DNA of 64,000 bases from Bacillales bacterium UBA1188 (GCA_002310135.1 DBYK01000001.1:367949-431948); one strand, 5' to 3'; positions 25,126 through 34,290 are shown, numbered from the stretch's first letter. The notes: generated by a model not told the origin, from the sequence alone. Program-made: numbers and translations.

Positions 25126-25160
25126 TGAAAACACTTTCATAAAATTTGAAAACATTTTCA
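25126..25160. promoter_or_regulatory. two tandem 14-bp palindromes TGAAAACACTTTCA / TGAAAACATTTTCA (LacI/CcpA cre-like operators)
   Basis: Read directly from the sequence. Centres are 21 bp apart and the pair abuts the -35 of the permease promoter. The central CG of the cre consensus is missing. Confidence 0.4.
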
Positions 25161-25190
25161 TTGATTTTTAAATTACTTTTTGTTTATAAT
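25161..25190 (+). promoter_or_regulatory. putative promoter TTGATT-18-TATAAT of the permease leader
   Basis: TTGATTtttaaattactttttgttTATAAT. Confidence 0.5.
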
Positions 25191-25223
25191 TATACAAGAA
25201 TAAAAAGAGAGAAAGGAATTGAA

Positions 25224-25322
25224 ATGACTAAAAAATCAATTAGTGCTAAGAAAAACGTTATATCATTCACTCGATTTTTTGATTTTTTGATTTCTCTTTC
25301 AAATAATATTTTAGTATTCTAA
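25224..25322 (+). CDS. candidate 32-codon leader peptide
   Basis: MTKKSISAKKNVISFTRFFDFLISLSNNILVF with an AAAGGA RBS. Contains U-tracts (cgaTTTTTTgaTTTTTTgaTTT) and ends 2 nt before the hairpin. Confidence 0.3.
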   Translation: MTKKSISAKKNVISFTRFFDFLISLSNNILVF

Positions 25323-25323
25323 A

Positions 25324-25350
25324 CATCAAGCATAGGGCTTGGTGTTTTTA
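25324..25350 (+). terminator. attenuator-type terminator in the permease leader
   Basis: CATCAAG-cataggg-CTTGGTG followed by TTTTTA, 38 nt before the permease ATG. Confidence 0.55.
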
Positions 25351-25387
25351 TTAAATAAGTTATATTGTATATACAAGGAGGGAAAGT

Positions 25388-26869
25388 ATGAAGTTATATT
25401 ACAATGTAGAAGATAAACCTAGTTTCAAAGAAACAATAGTGTTCGCATTACAACAACTCTTAGCTATCATGGCAGCAACTATTGCTGTACCAGCTATTGT
25501 TCAAAATGGTATGAGCCCATCTGCTGCATTATTCGGTGCAGGTGTAGGAACACTCGTTTACTTATTATTCACTAAATTTAAGAGCCCCGTATTCTTAGGA
25601 TCTTCATTCTCATTCTTACCATCAATGTTCGCTGCATTCGCTGGTGCTATAACAGTTGAAGCTGGATTCTTAGGATTAATCATTGGTGCTATATTAGCTG
25701 GATTAGTTTATGTAGTATTATCATTAGTTGTTAAATCAGTAGGTTCTAAATGGATTGACAAATTTATGCCAGCTGTAGTTATCGGCCCAACAGTTGCAAT
25801 TATAGGTCTTTGCTTAGCTAGAAATGCTATAGGCGATTTAATTGCTGGTGGTTTAACAGGTGCTATGGTTGATGGTAATGGAAACTTCATTATCTCTGCT
25901 GCCGAAACAGCAACAGAAGCTGGTGTATTCAACGCTAATTATTTATTATACTTAGCTTGTGGTTTAGTTACATTATTCACAACTATCTTATTCTCAGTTT
26001 ATGGCAAGGGATTCTTAAAGATGATACCATTCGTACTTGGTATACTTGCTGGATATATCTGCGCATCAATCTTAACAGGAATTGGTTGGATTGCATCTGT
26101 TGAAGCTTTAAAGGTTATCGACTTTACTAAATTTGCTCAACTCGGAACAATTGAAGGATGGATTCCACAATTCTCATTCATCAAAGCATTCAAAGGTATT
26201 TCTGATTTTGATAGCTTCGGATCATTCATGGCATACTTCGGTACAATCGCAGTTGCTTATGTACCAGTAGGACTCGTAGTATTCGCTGAACATATCGCAG
26301 ACCACAAAAACATTTCTTCTATCATTGAAAGAGATTTATTAGTTGAACCAGGTTTAAATAGAACATTACTCGGTGATGGTGTTGGTTCTATGGCTGGTGC
26401 ATTCTTTGGTGGATGTCCTAACACAACATATGGTGAATCAATTGGATGTGTTGCAATCAGTGGAAATGCTTCAGTAGTAACTATTCTTACAACATCTATT
26501 ATGGCAATCGTAATCTCATTCATCGGTCCATTCTCAATCTTCTTATCAACTATTCCATCATGTGTAATGGGTGGTGTATGTATAGCTCTTTATGGCTTCA
26601 TCGCTGTATCAGGTTTAAAGATGATTCAAAAGGCAGACCTTGGTGATAATAGAAACTTATTCGTTGTTTCATTAATCTTAATTGCCGGTGTTGGTGGATT
26701 TGGTCTAAACTTCAGTGGTGTAGTATTAACTGATATCGCTTGTGCATTATTACTTGGTATTTTAGTAAATGTTGTTGTTTCAAGAAAAAAGAATGATGAC
26801 AATAACCAAGAAGTAGCTCAAGAAGAAAACCAAGAAGTTGTTCAAGAAACAGTTCAAGAAGGAGAATAA
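25388..26869 (+). CDS. NCS2-family nucleobase:cation symporter, uracil permease-like
   Basis: 493 aa. FAEHIADH and NTTYGESIGCVAISG match UraA/PyrP-type motifs (EHIGH, TTYGENIGV). RBS AAGGAGGG. Confidence 0.85.
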   Translation: MKLYYNVEDKPSFKETIVFALQQLLAIMAATIAVPAIVQNGMSPSAALFGAGVGTLVYLLFTKFKSPVFLGSSFSFLPSMFAAFAGAITVEAGFLGLIIGAILAGLVYVVLSLVVKSVGSKWIDKFMPAVVIGPTVAIIGLCLARNAIGDLIAGGLTGAMVDGNGNFIISAAETATEAGVFNANYLLYLACGLVTLFTTILFSVYGKGFLKMIPFVLGILAGYICASILTGIGWIASVEALKVIDFTKFAQLGTIEGWIPQFSFIKAFKGISDFDSFGSFMAYFGTIAVAYVPVGLVVFAEHIADHKNISSIIERDLLVEPGLNRTLLGDGVGSMAGAFFGGCPNTTYGESIGCVAISGNASVVTILTTSIMAIVISFIGPFSIFLSTIPSCVMGGVCIALYGFIAVSGLKMIQKADLGDNRNLFVVSLILIAGVGGFGLNFSGVVLTDIACALLLGILVNVVVSRKKNDDNNQEVAQEENQEVVQETVQEGE

Positions 26870-26886
26870 TTCTCCTTCTTTTTTTA
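26858..26886 (+). terminator. rho-independent terminator of the permease gene
   Basis: GAAGGAGAA-taa-TTCTCCTTC followed by TTTTTTTT. The stop codon sits in the loop. Confidence 0.75.
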
Positions 26887-26928
26887 ATAAAAATAGACTC
26901 AATCAAGAGTCTATTTTTGCGTTTTATA

Positions 26929-27792
26929 TTATACTTTTACTTTAGTTTGTTGAGTATTAAATAATCCAACAATAAAGAATATTATAAATATTAATATATC
27001 CACAACTACTATTGTTGGGCCAACTGGGGTACTAAATAATATAGAAGATAATATTCCAAAAATTGATGAGAATATCGAAATAATTGCGGAGGATATAATA
27101 ACTGATTTAAAGCTTTTAAATACTCTCATTGCGGAAAGCGCAGGGAATACTATAAGCGCAGATATTAAAAGTGAACCAACGAGATTCATCGCAAGCACTA
27201 TTACTATCGCGATAATTATAGCGAGTAAATAGTTATAAAAGGATGTGTTTATTCCTGTTGCCTTAGAGAAGTTTTCATCAAAGGTAATAGAGAATATTTT
27301 ATTATAAAAAAGAATAAAGAATAATAATACAACCACTGATAATACTACACATATTATTACCTCTGTACTAGATAATGTGAGTATTGATATTGAACCAAAT
27401 AATGTTGAACATACATCAGCGGTTATATTAGATGAGGTTGGGAATATGTTTATAAGGAGATAACCAATTGCGATAGCACCTACTGATATCATTGCGAGCT
27501 GAGCATCTCCTTTTATTTTTGCGTTTTGTCCACTTTTCATAAGAAGTATTGCGGCAAGTATTGTAATAGGCATCGCAAGAAGCATTTCATTTGTAAGACC
27601 AACAATTGCAGCTACACTTAATGCACCAAAGGCAACATGAGAGAGCCCATCACCAATAGTTGAATATCTTTTTAATACTAATGTAACACCTAGTATTGAT
27701 GCGGTTAGGGCTATTAAAACTCCAACTATTAGAGCGTACCATACAAATGGAAAATGAAAATAATAACTTATTGTTTCAATTAACTCTTTCAT
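26929..27792 (-). CDS. znuB: metal (zinc) ABC transporter permease
   Basis: Polytopic ZnuB/TroCD-like protein. ATG 27792 is 1 nt after the znuC stop. Confidence 0.8.
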   Translation of the reverse strand: MKELIETISYYFHFPFVWYALIVGVLIALTASILGVTLVLKRYSTIGDGLSHVAFGALSVAAIVGLTNEMLLAMPITILAAILLMKSGQNAKIKGDAQLAMISVGAIAIGYLLINIFPTSSNITADVCSTLFGSISILTLSSTEVIICVVLSVVVLLFFILFYNKIFSITFDENFSKATGINTSFYNYLLAIIIAIVIVLAMNLVGSLLISALIVFPALSAMRVFKSFKSVIISSAIISIFSSIFGILSSILFSTPVGPTIVVVDILIFIIFFIVGLFNTQQTKVKV

Positions 27793-27793
27793 A

Positions 27794-28492
27794 TTATTTA
27801 CCCCCATCAATGAATATCTTCCCAAAATCACTATTTAGATATTCAGTTTTAGTTCCGAAGAATACTTTATTTCCAATATGCAATATTTTATTCGCATATT
27901 TAACTGCTTCTTTTACATCATGAGAAATCATTATAATAGTGATTCCTTCTTTATTTAGATTATTTATTAGTTCATACATCTCTTGTGTTACTATAGGGTC
28001 AAGTCCTGATACAGGTTCATCAAGTAGAAGTATTTTTGTTGTAGAACAAAGAGCTCTTGAAAGGAGCACTCTTTGCATCTGGCCACCAGATAATTCTTTA
28101 TATGGATATTTTTCATAACCACTTAAACCCATTTTATTAATATTTGCTTTTGCTATTTCTTTTTCTTCTTTTGTATAAAATGGTCTAAAACCATTAATAG
28201 ACGCAAAGCCAGATAAGACTATTTCAAAGACAGATGCGGGAAAATCTTTTTGAACAATAGTTTGTTGAGGAAGATAGCCTATACCATTTCTTTTTAGGCT
28301 TTCATCCATCTTTATTTCCCCTTTGATAGGTTTTATTAATCCAAGAATAGTTTTTATCAGTGTTGACTTACCTGTTCCGTTTTCGCCAACTATCGCAAGA
28401 TAATCTCCAGAGTCAATACTGAAAGATAAGTCTTTTACCACTATTCCAGTTTCATATCCTATTGATAAATTGTCACATGAAAGTTGAGTCAT
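27794..28492 (-). CDS. znuC: metal (zinc) ABC transporter ATP-binding protein
   Basis: Walker A GENGTGKST, signature LSGGQMQR, Walker B LLLDEP. Confidence 0.85.
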   Translation of the reverse strand: MTQLSCDNLSIGYETGIVVKDLSFSIDSGDYLAIVGENGTGKSTLIKTILGLIKPIKGEIKMDESLKRNGIGYLPQQTIVQKDFPASVFEIVLSGFASINGFRPFYTKEEKEIAKANINKMGLSGYEKYPYKELSGGQMQRVLLSRALCSTTKILLLDEPVSGLDPIVTQEMYELINNLNKEGITIIMISHDVKEAVKYANKILHIGNKVFFGTKTEYLNSDFGKIFIDGGK

Positions 28493-28505
28493 AATATTTC
28501 TCCTT

Positions 28506-29456
28506 TTAACTTAATGCAATTCTTAATACATTGAGATTTTCTTCCATAATAGAATAATAAGATTTTCCATTATCTATTTCTTTTTTTGTTGCGGATTGAA
28601 GAGAATCAAGAACTAAAATCTGTTGATTGTGATTCTTAGTATTATCTTTGATTGTTCTTGCGATTGAATCATCTGATTTTTCAAGTATCAATATTACATT
28701 TAATCCAAGTTCATCCACTTTATTAGATAAGAAGATAATAGTATTGAAACTTGCGTTTGCCTCCGCAGAACAACCACTAAATGCTGCATAATATTTTATA
28801 TTATAATCATCTACTAAATATCTAAATGGGAATCTATCCCCAAATAAAATAGTATCTTTTTCTTTTTCACTAACTAATTCGCTATATCTTTCATCTAATA
28901 AAGATAATTTATTAGAATATGATGTTGCGTTTTCCATATATTCTCTCTTATGAGATGGATCAATTTCAATAAGTGCGTTCTTTATTTCTTCTACATAAAA
29001 AATTGCGTTCTTTAAAGACAACCAAACATGTTCATCAAATTCTATTTCATCATCATCTTCCTCTTCATGAGTCATTCCTTCAACAGTTTCTTCTTCTTTA
29101 GCTTTTTCGCCTAATAGGCTTAATAAATTTAAGATGATCATATTTTCATTTGATTTGTTTTTGAGTGCATCATCTACCCATTTATCTGATTCACCACCCA
29201 CATGAATAAAAAGATCACAAGTTGATATTTTAACCATATCTTCTACTGATGCTTGATAATTATGCAAATCAAGTCCTTTATCTGATAGAAGAGTTAAATT
29301 TACTGAATCTACGCTACCTATAATATTTTTTGTCCAATCATATTCTGAGAAATTCACAGCAACAACACTTATTTTTTCATCTTCTTTTAATTTACAAGAT
29401 GAAAGAAAACAAATTGATAATATTAATATAAATAATAAACTAATTACTTTTTTCAA
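28506..29456 (-). CDS. znuA: metal (zinc) ABC transporter substrate-binding lipoprotein
   Basis: ZnuA-like, with acidic/His loop THEEEDDDEIEFDEH. Preferred TTG start at 29456 gives MKKVISLLFILILSICFLSSC (lipobox). The track ORF extends to 29510, overlapping zur. Confidence 0.8.
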   Translation of the reverse strand: MKKVISLLFILILSICFLSSCKLKEDEKISVVAVNFSEYDWTKNIIGSVDSVNLTLLSDKGLDLHNYQASVEDMVKISTCDLFIHVGGESDKWVDDALKNKSNENMIILNLLSLLGEKAKEEETVEGMTHEEEDDDEIEFDEHVWLSLKNAIFYVEEIKNALIEIDPSHKREYMENATSYSNKLSLLDERYSELVSEKEKDTILFGDRFPFRYLVDDYNIKYYAAFSGCSAEANASFNTIIFLSNKVDELGLNVILILEKSDDSIARTIKDNTKNHNQQILVLDSLQSATKKEIDNGKSYYSIMEENLNVLRIALS

Positions 29457-29463
29457 TTTATAT

Positions 29464-29856
29464 TTAACCTCTACATTCTTTGCATATACCATAAATAATG
29501 GTTTCATCACTATCTAGCTCAAAACTTGATTCTTCTTCTAGTTTCTTTGTGAGTAAATTTGTTGTATTAGGTTCTAAATGAGTAGTCTTCCCACATTTGA
29601 TACAAGATATATGAATATTGCCTTTGCATTCATCATGATCTAAATATTGATAATATATCTTTCTACTTCCTGCTTTACTTATTCTTTTAAGTTTTCCGTC
29701 TTTTTCAAGTGATGATAAGTTTCTATAAATTGCGCTTTCACTGATCTTCTCATCAACAAGCGCAGATAATATATCTTCTGTTGAAAGATACTCATCAATA
29801 TGAAGAGATAAATAATTTACTAATATTGATCTTTGTTTAGTGCTGTATTTTTGCAT
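29464..29856 (-). CDS. zur: Fur-family metalloregulator, probably Zur
   Basis: CIKCGK...CKEC structural Zn site and an N-terminal wHTH. Heads the znu operon. ATG 29856 sits behind GGAGG. Confidence 0.75.
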   Translation of the reverse strand: MQKYSTKQRSILVNYLSLHIDEYLSTEDILSALVDEKISESAIYRNLSSLEKDGKLKRISKAGSRKIYYQYLDHDECKGNIHISCIKCGKTTHLEPNTTNLLTKKLEEESSFELDSDETIIYGICKECRG

Positions 29857-29866
29857 AAGAACCTCC

Positions 29867-29889
29867 AATTTGCGAGTTAATCGCAAATT
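29867..29889. promoter_or_regulatory. palindromic operator AATTTGCGA-N5-TCGCAAATT (candidate Zur box)
   Basis: Perfect 9-bp arms, lying between the -10 and the RBS of zur. Confidence 0.5.
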
Positions 29890-29918
29890 ATTATATCAAA
29901 GATATAACTTTGAGTCAA
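29890..29918 (-). promoter_or_regulatory. zur-znu promoter TTGACT-17-TATAAT
   Basis: Minus strand reads TTGACTcaaagttatatctttgaTATAAT, immediately followed by the palindrome. Confidence 0.65.
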
Positions 29919-29956
29919 TAAAAAAATGAACCTTTATAGGCTCATTTACTTTGTAA

Positions 29957-30406
29957 TTAAAATAACTCTTTTATTATATTAGATACTTGAATAAGTGTAT
30001 CTACATCATCTTCGTTATAATTGTCTATATTATCACTATCTAGATCAATAACTCCTAGGACTTTAGAATCTTTAATGATTGGAACAACTACTTCACTTCT
30101 TGCGCTACTTGAGCAAGCGATATAATTATCTATCTTACTCACATCGCTAACTAATATAGGAGTCTTCTTTATAGCTGATTCGCCACATACACCTTTCCCA
30201 AATTTTATTTTAGTACACGCAAGAGGACCTCTATATGGTCCAAGATATAGAACATCTTCTTCTTTTAGTACAAGATAAAATCCGAACCAAGAAGTACCTC
30301 TAAATTTATCAAATAATATAGTCGCTAAATTTGATAAATTACTTATAAGAGGTATATCTTTTTCTATCATAGAATTTGTAAGATCAATTATTGTTTTATT
30401 TATCAT
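29957..30406 (-). CDS. GAF-domain protein (free methionine-R-sulfoxide reductase/YebR-like)
   Basis: Trimmed to ATG 30406. The ~150-aa single GAF pattern (WFGFYLV..., ACTKIKFGKGVCG, VPI...GVIDLDS) is typical of the MsrC family. Confidence 0.75.
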   Translation of the reverse strand: MINKTIIDLTNSMIEKDIPLISNLSNLATILFDKFRGTSWFGFYLVLKEEDVLYLGPYRGPLACTKIKFGKGVCGESAIKKTPILVSDVSKIDNYIACSSSARSEVVVPIIKDSKVLGVIDLDSDNIDNYNEDDVDTLIQVSNIIKELF

Positions 30407-30537
30407 ATTTTTATCTCTTTTTAAAGTGTAGCACAAATATATATTAGTGTGCAATATACTTGATTATGCCATACTTAAAGATTGTTCAATTTAAAAGTTA
30501 AGGCTTCCACTACCATAGTTAGTAATTGAGGTGAATA

Positions 30538-30798
30538 TTATTTCATAATCTTTTCAAATTCAAACATTCCATCACCGCCATCACCTATAAAGTCATTTGG
30601 CATATTTGGATCAGGTTTATATTTATTCCAAAATGAAATAATATGAAATTTTAATTTATTAACATAATAATGAATATTTCTAGTGTCAAAATATGGAGTA
30701 CATGTTTGCCATATTTTTGTTTCTTTATATAGATTTTCTATTTCTTTATTAGAGGCATATAAAAATAATTCAAGCGCTTTTTTATCATTTGCTGACAC
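30538..30798 (-). CDS. hypothetical 86-aa protein
   Basis: GTG start with a weak RBS and no motif recognised. Could be a remnant. Confidence 0.35.
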   Translation of the reverse strand: MSANDKKALELFLYASNKEIENLYKETKIWQTCTPYFDTRNIHYYVNKLKFHIISFWNKYKPDPNMPNDFIGDGGDGMFEFEKIMK

Positions 30799-30858
30799 AC
30801 TATAACCAATTATTTTCTTTTACCGCCAATTGTAATAATAATTATAACTCTATAATTT

Positions 30859-32115
30859 TTAAATATCTAAACTATTGGGATTAAGCAAGAAATCCTCAAG
30901 TCCAATATACAGAATACCTTTTTCATCGTACCAAGGAACATAGCAGTCCTTAACAACCACTATTTTCTTAAATGAATCCGTTATTTTATTTAAGCCACGA
31001 GTTTCTTGATTAATTTTATCTTGATTTTCCAAAGCGTATGCAGATTGAATATAATACTTTGCATTTCCTTTATTACATACAAAATCAACTTCATATTGTT
31101 TTCTTTGACTCTTTTTATTTTCGTCTTTATAATTAACTTCCACTATACCGACATCAACAGAATATCCACGAATAATAAGTTCATTATAAATAATGTTTTC
31201 CATAGTATGAGTTGGCTCATTTTGTCTAAAATTAATTCTGGCGTTTCTTAATCCAATATCTTCAAAATAATATTTAAATGGAGAATCTATATACGCCTTA
31301 CCTTTTATATCGTATCTTTGAACCTTGCTTATTAGGAATGCATCCATAAAACAATCTAAATAATTTGATATAGTCATCCTATTAATTTTAATATGTTTAA
31401 CTGATTCATAAACATTAACAAGTTTAGTTGGATTGGTAAGCGATCCGATTGCAGATGAAATAATATCTAATAATTCACCTAATACATCCTTATCTTTTTT
31501 TAAATCGTTTCTATCAATTATATCGGTTAAATATACATTTTCGACCAAATTATATAAATATAAATTTTTGGCTTCATGTGAATCCATATCTACTAAAGCA
31601 GGCATTCCACCATAAATAGAATATTCAGAGTAGGCATTATGCTTATCGCCTTTATATGAATCATAAAACTCTTTAAATGAAAGAGGGTGCACTCTAACCT
31701 CATCTCCTCTTCCTCTAAATTCAGTAATTATATCACTTGATAAAAACTTGGAATTAGAACCTGTAACATAAACATCTATGTTTTTTTGTTTTAAAAGTCC
31801 ATTAAGCAATAACTCAAAACCATCAACCAACTGTATCTCATCTAAGAAAATATAATATTTTTTATCATTTCTTATTTTTGATTTAATGTATTCATTTAGT
31901 TTTCTTTTGTCTTGTAAATCTTCAAATTCAACTGAATCAAGTGAAATTTCTATAATTTGATTATCTTCTACTCCGCTATCGATTAAATGTTTTTTGAACA
32001 ATTCAAATAATAGATATGATTTACCGCATCTTCTAATGCCCGTAATAACTTTAATCATTCCATTCCATTTTTTTGATATTAGTTTATTTAAATATTCATC
32101 TCGTTTTATTAACAT
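30859..32115 (-). CDS. AAA+ ATPase with C-terminal DUF4143 (COG1373 family)
   Basis: Trimmed to ATG 32115 behind GGAGG. Walker A GIRRCGKSYLL, Walker B FLDEIQ, C-terminal EVDFV nuclease-like motif. Confidence 0.8.
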   Translation of the reverse strand: MLIKRDEYLNKLISKKWNGMIKVITGIRRCGKSYLLFELFKKHLIDSGVEDNQIIEISLDSVEFEDLQDKRKLNEYIKSKIRNDKKYYIFLDEIQLVDGFELLLNGLLKQKNIDVYVTGSNSKFLSSDIITEFRGRGDEVRVHPLSFKEFYDSYKGDKHNAYSEYSIYGGMPALVDMDSHEAKNLYLYNLVENVYLTDIIDRNDLKKDKDVLGELLDIISSAIGSLTNPTKLVNVYESVKHIKINRMTISNYLDCFMDAFLISKVQRYDIKGKAYIDSPFKYYFEDIGLRNARINFRQNEPTHTMENIIYNELIIRGYSVDVGIVEVNYKDENKKSQRKQYEVDFVCNKGNAKYYIQSAYALENQDKINQETRGLNKITDSFKKIVVVKDCYVPWYDEKGILYIGLEDFLLNPNSLDI

Positions 32116-32133
32116 ATCAAAACCTCCAATGAT

Positions 32134-32238
32134 TATTTTTGCGTATGGACGCATTTTTAGACACTGATATTGTATCCTATATATTTTAAAAAATCAAGAG
32201 TGTTAGCAACTATTTTTGCGTATGGACGCATTTTTAGA
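32134..32238. repeat. two identical 28-bp direct repeats TATTTTTGCGTATGGACGCATTTTTAGA (32134-32161, 32211-32238) bracketing a TTGATT-17-TACAAT promoter
   Basis: Read directly from the sequence. Each copy contains the hairpin/inverted repeat TGCGT-atgg-ACGCA. Period 77 bp. Confidence 0.7.
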
Positions 32239-32544
32239 TAATTGAATTTTATAAAAAAGATGATAATGACTCCTAATTTGACCTAGATTTTTGTTGCTTT
32301 TTATCCCTTGATCACCATATGAAGGTTTGGAGATGATTTTGACCACCCTGTTTTTTGAAAAAAGTTAAAATATTTTTTTAAGGCGTAAAAAAGATCACCA
32401 GCATTGCTGCCAGTGACCAATAAATAAGGATAATAGTATATTCGTGCTTTTCACAAATAAGAAGTAACAAAAAAGAGCAAATAAAAAAGGCTACTTCACC
32501 TGAATTTAAGTAAAATGTACCTAAAAACAAGTAAAATAGCCCTT

Positions 32545-32582
32545 AAAAATAAAAAAAGGACTGATATTTATTGTATCAATCC
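32545..32582 (-). terminator. strong rho-independent terminator (homologue of 13263-13299)
   Basis: Minus strand reads GGATTGATA-caataaa-TATCAGTCC then TTTTTTTATTTTT. Confidence 0.7.
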
Positions 32583-32658
32583 TGTTGTTTCAATATGTGA
32601 AAGGTAAGTATTGATAATACAATGCACCCTCTATAGATGAAGGTGCACTATATAAACC

Positions 32659-32704
32659 TATATTTTCAAGCATATACACAAGTGACGTGTGACTAGCGTG
32701 ACAG
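32659..32704. repeat. left inverted repeat (GTGAC-rich)
   Basis: The reverse complement, ctgtcacgctagtcacacgtcacttgtgtatatgcttgaaaatata, aligns with 37101-37148 at roughly 75-80% identity by eye. Confidence 0.6.
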
Positions 32705-32769
32705 ATGTGACACTTAGTTATGATTTGCACGCTTTATACAAAAAATTTTTATATAGTTAATAAGTATCA

Positions 32770-34059
32770 TTAATTTTTTAATGCAGTTATTGGGATAATA
32801 TAAACTCCATCAGCATTTTTATATGCCATATTACCAACACCATAAATAACACATTTCATTATCGGCTCTTTACCACCATTATCAACTATATCTTTGCATA
32901 CTTTGATTAAATTGTTTGAGCCTTCTTCTGCTTTGTTTAATCCTAATTTTATCTCTATGGCACACCAATTGCCATCTTCAAGTTCTATAACTGCATCAAT
33001 TTCATTATTTTTATAATCTTGGTAGTGAAATAATTTGGCGTTTATAGCTTGAGCATATATAGACAAATCTCTTTCAACCATTGCTTCAAACATAAAACCA
33101 AAAGTTTTTAAATCATTCATCATTTTCTTTGGAGTTAATTTAAGCATTGCACATGCCATTGCGGGATCAGAAAAATGTCTTTTTTCCATTTGTTTAACAC
33201 GTAAAGAAGATCTTATGTTTGATGAAAAGGGTTCTTGATTGTTAAACAAAAACATTCTATTAAACGCATCTAAATATTTGGATAAAGTATTTTTGCTAAT
33301 GGAGGAATTATCATTTTCTATTATGTCATTTAAAATACTTTGATTAGAAACAGTTGTTGATTCGTTTCTAGCAAGTGATTTTAAAATAAGTTTCGCTTTA
33401 TGTTCATTATAATCAATATCTTTATCTAATTGTTTTAAATCAGTTTTTGCAACATTCTCCATATATCCTAAAGCTAATTCATCACAATCATTTACACTAA
33501 CATCAATATTTCCAGGCCATCCACCTCTAACAATTAAATAAGCTAATTTTTCAAGATTTGTTTCTTCTAACACTTTTGATTCAAATTTATTTTCACATAA
33601 GTCCTTTAAAGAAATAACCCCACTTGAATCACCAGATTCATATAATGACATCGTATTCATTCTAATACTTTTAATTCTTCCTGTACCACTATGCAAAACA
33701 CCTTTATTAATTGGTGTTGATGATCCCGTTAAAATTATTTGACCCTTGCCGCCACTTTCATCAACAAAAGCTCTTGTTGCATCCCATAATGCTGGAACTT
33801 CTTGCCATTCATCAATTAAGCGAGGAGCATCCCCTTTTAAAACGGTATAAGGTTCAAGTTCAGCAAGCATTCTATTAGAAAAATTACCACTTGGATCACC
33901 AACAAGAAATTCGCTATTAGCATGATGCGATGATGTCCAAGTTTTTCCACACCATTTAGGCCCTTCAATACAAATAGCACCGAATATTCTCAAATCTCTT
34001 TTTACTAGTTCATCAACTATTCTTGCTTTGTATGTAGAATAATTAGTTATTTTCTTCAT
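32770..34059 (-). CDS. AAA+ ATPase with C-terminal DUF4143 (COG1373 family), second paralogue
   Basis: Walker A GPKWCGKTWT, Walker B LIDEWQ, C-terminal EIDAV...AIEIK (D..ExK) motif. Confidence 0.8.
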   Translation of the reverse strand: MKKITNYSTYKARIVDELVKRDLRIFGAICIEGPKWCGKTWTSSHHANSEFLVGDPSGNFSNRMLAELEPYTVLKGDAPRLIDEWQEVPALWDATRAFVDESGGKGQIILTGSSTPINKGVLHSGTGRIKSIRMNTMSLYESGDSSGVISLKDLCENKFESKVLEETNLEKLAYLIVRGGWPGNIDVSVNDCDELALGYMENVAKTDLKQLDKDIDYNEHKAKLILKSLARNESTTVSNQSILNDIIENDNSSISKNTLSKYLDAFNRMFLFNNQEPFSSNIRSSLRVKQMEKRHFSDPAMACAMLKLTPKKMMNDLKTFGFMFEAMVERDLSIYAQAINAKLFHYQDYKNNEIDAVIELEDGNWCAIEIKLGLNKAEEGSNNLIKVCKDIVDNGGKEPIMKCVIYGVGNMAYKNADGVYIIPITALKN

Positions 34060-34099
34060 AGCATCACAACTCCTCTATATTGTTCACGTATATTTTATC

Positions 34100-34168
34100 A
34101 AACTGAACCATATTTGTCAACAAAACTGACCCATATTTTTAAACTAAACTGACCCAATTTTAAAATTA
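34100..34168. repeat. three tandem 23-bp repeats with core AAACTGA(A/C)CCA, overlapping a TTGACA-17-TAAAAT promoter
   Basis: Units start at 34100, 34123 and 34146. The -35 is at 34115-34120 and the -10 at 34092-34097 (minus strand). Confidence 0.7.
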
Positions 34169-34290
34169 AGATTTTTAGTATGATATGCATATTTTATACA
34201 ACAAAAATATTTAAAAAACAAGGTTAATACAACTTGACTTTAAACCTCTTTAGAGTGATAGATAGACACAACTTTAAGGAGGTTTTTATT

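Noticed and set aside
25059-25387. Known purine riboswitch or PyrR-binding attenuator upstream of the permease.
   Set aside because: I could not find the purine riboswitch core (UAUA..GGAUAUGG..CUACC) or the PyrR loop (ARUCCAGAGAGGYU). It is reported instead as an unclassified leader.
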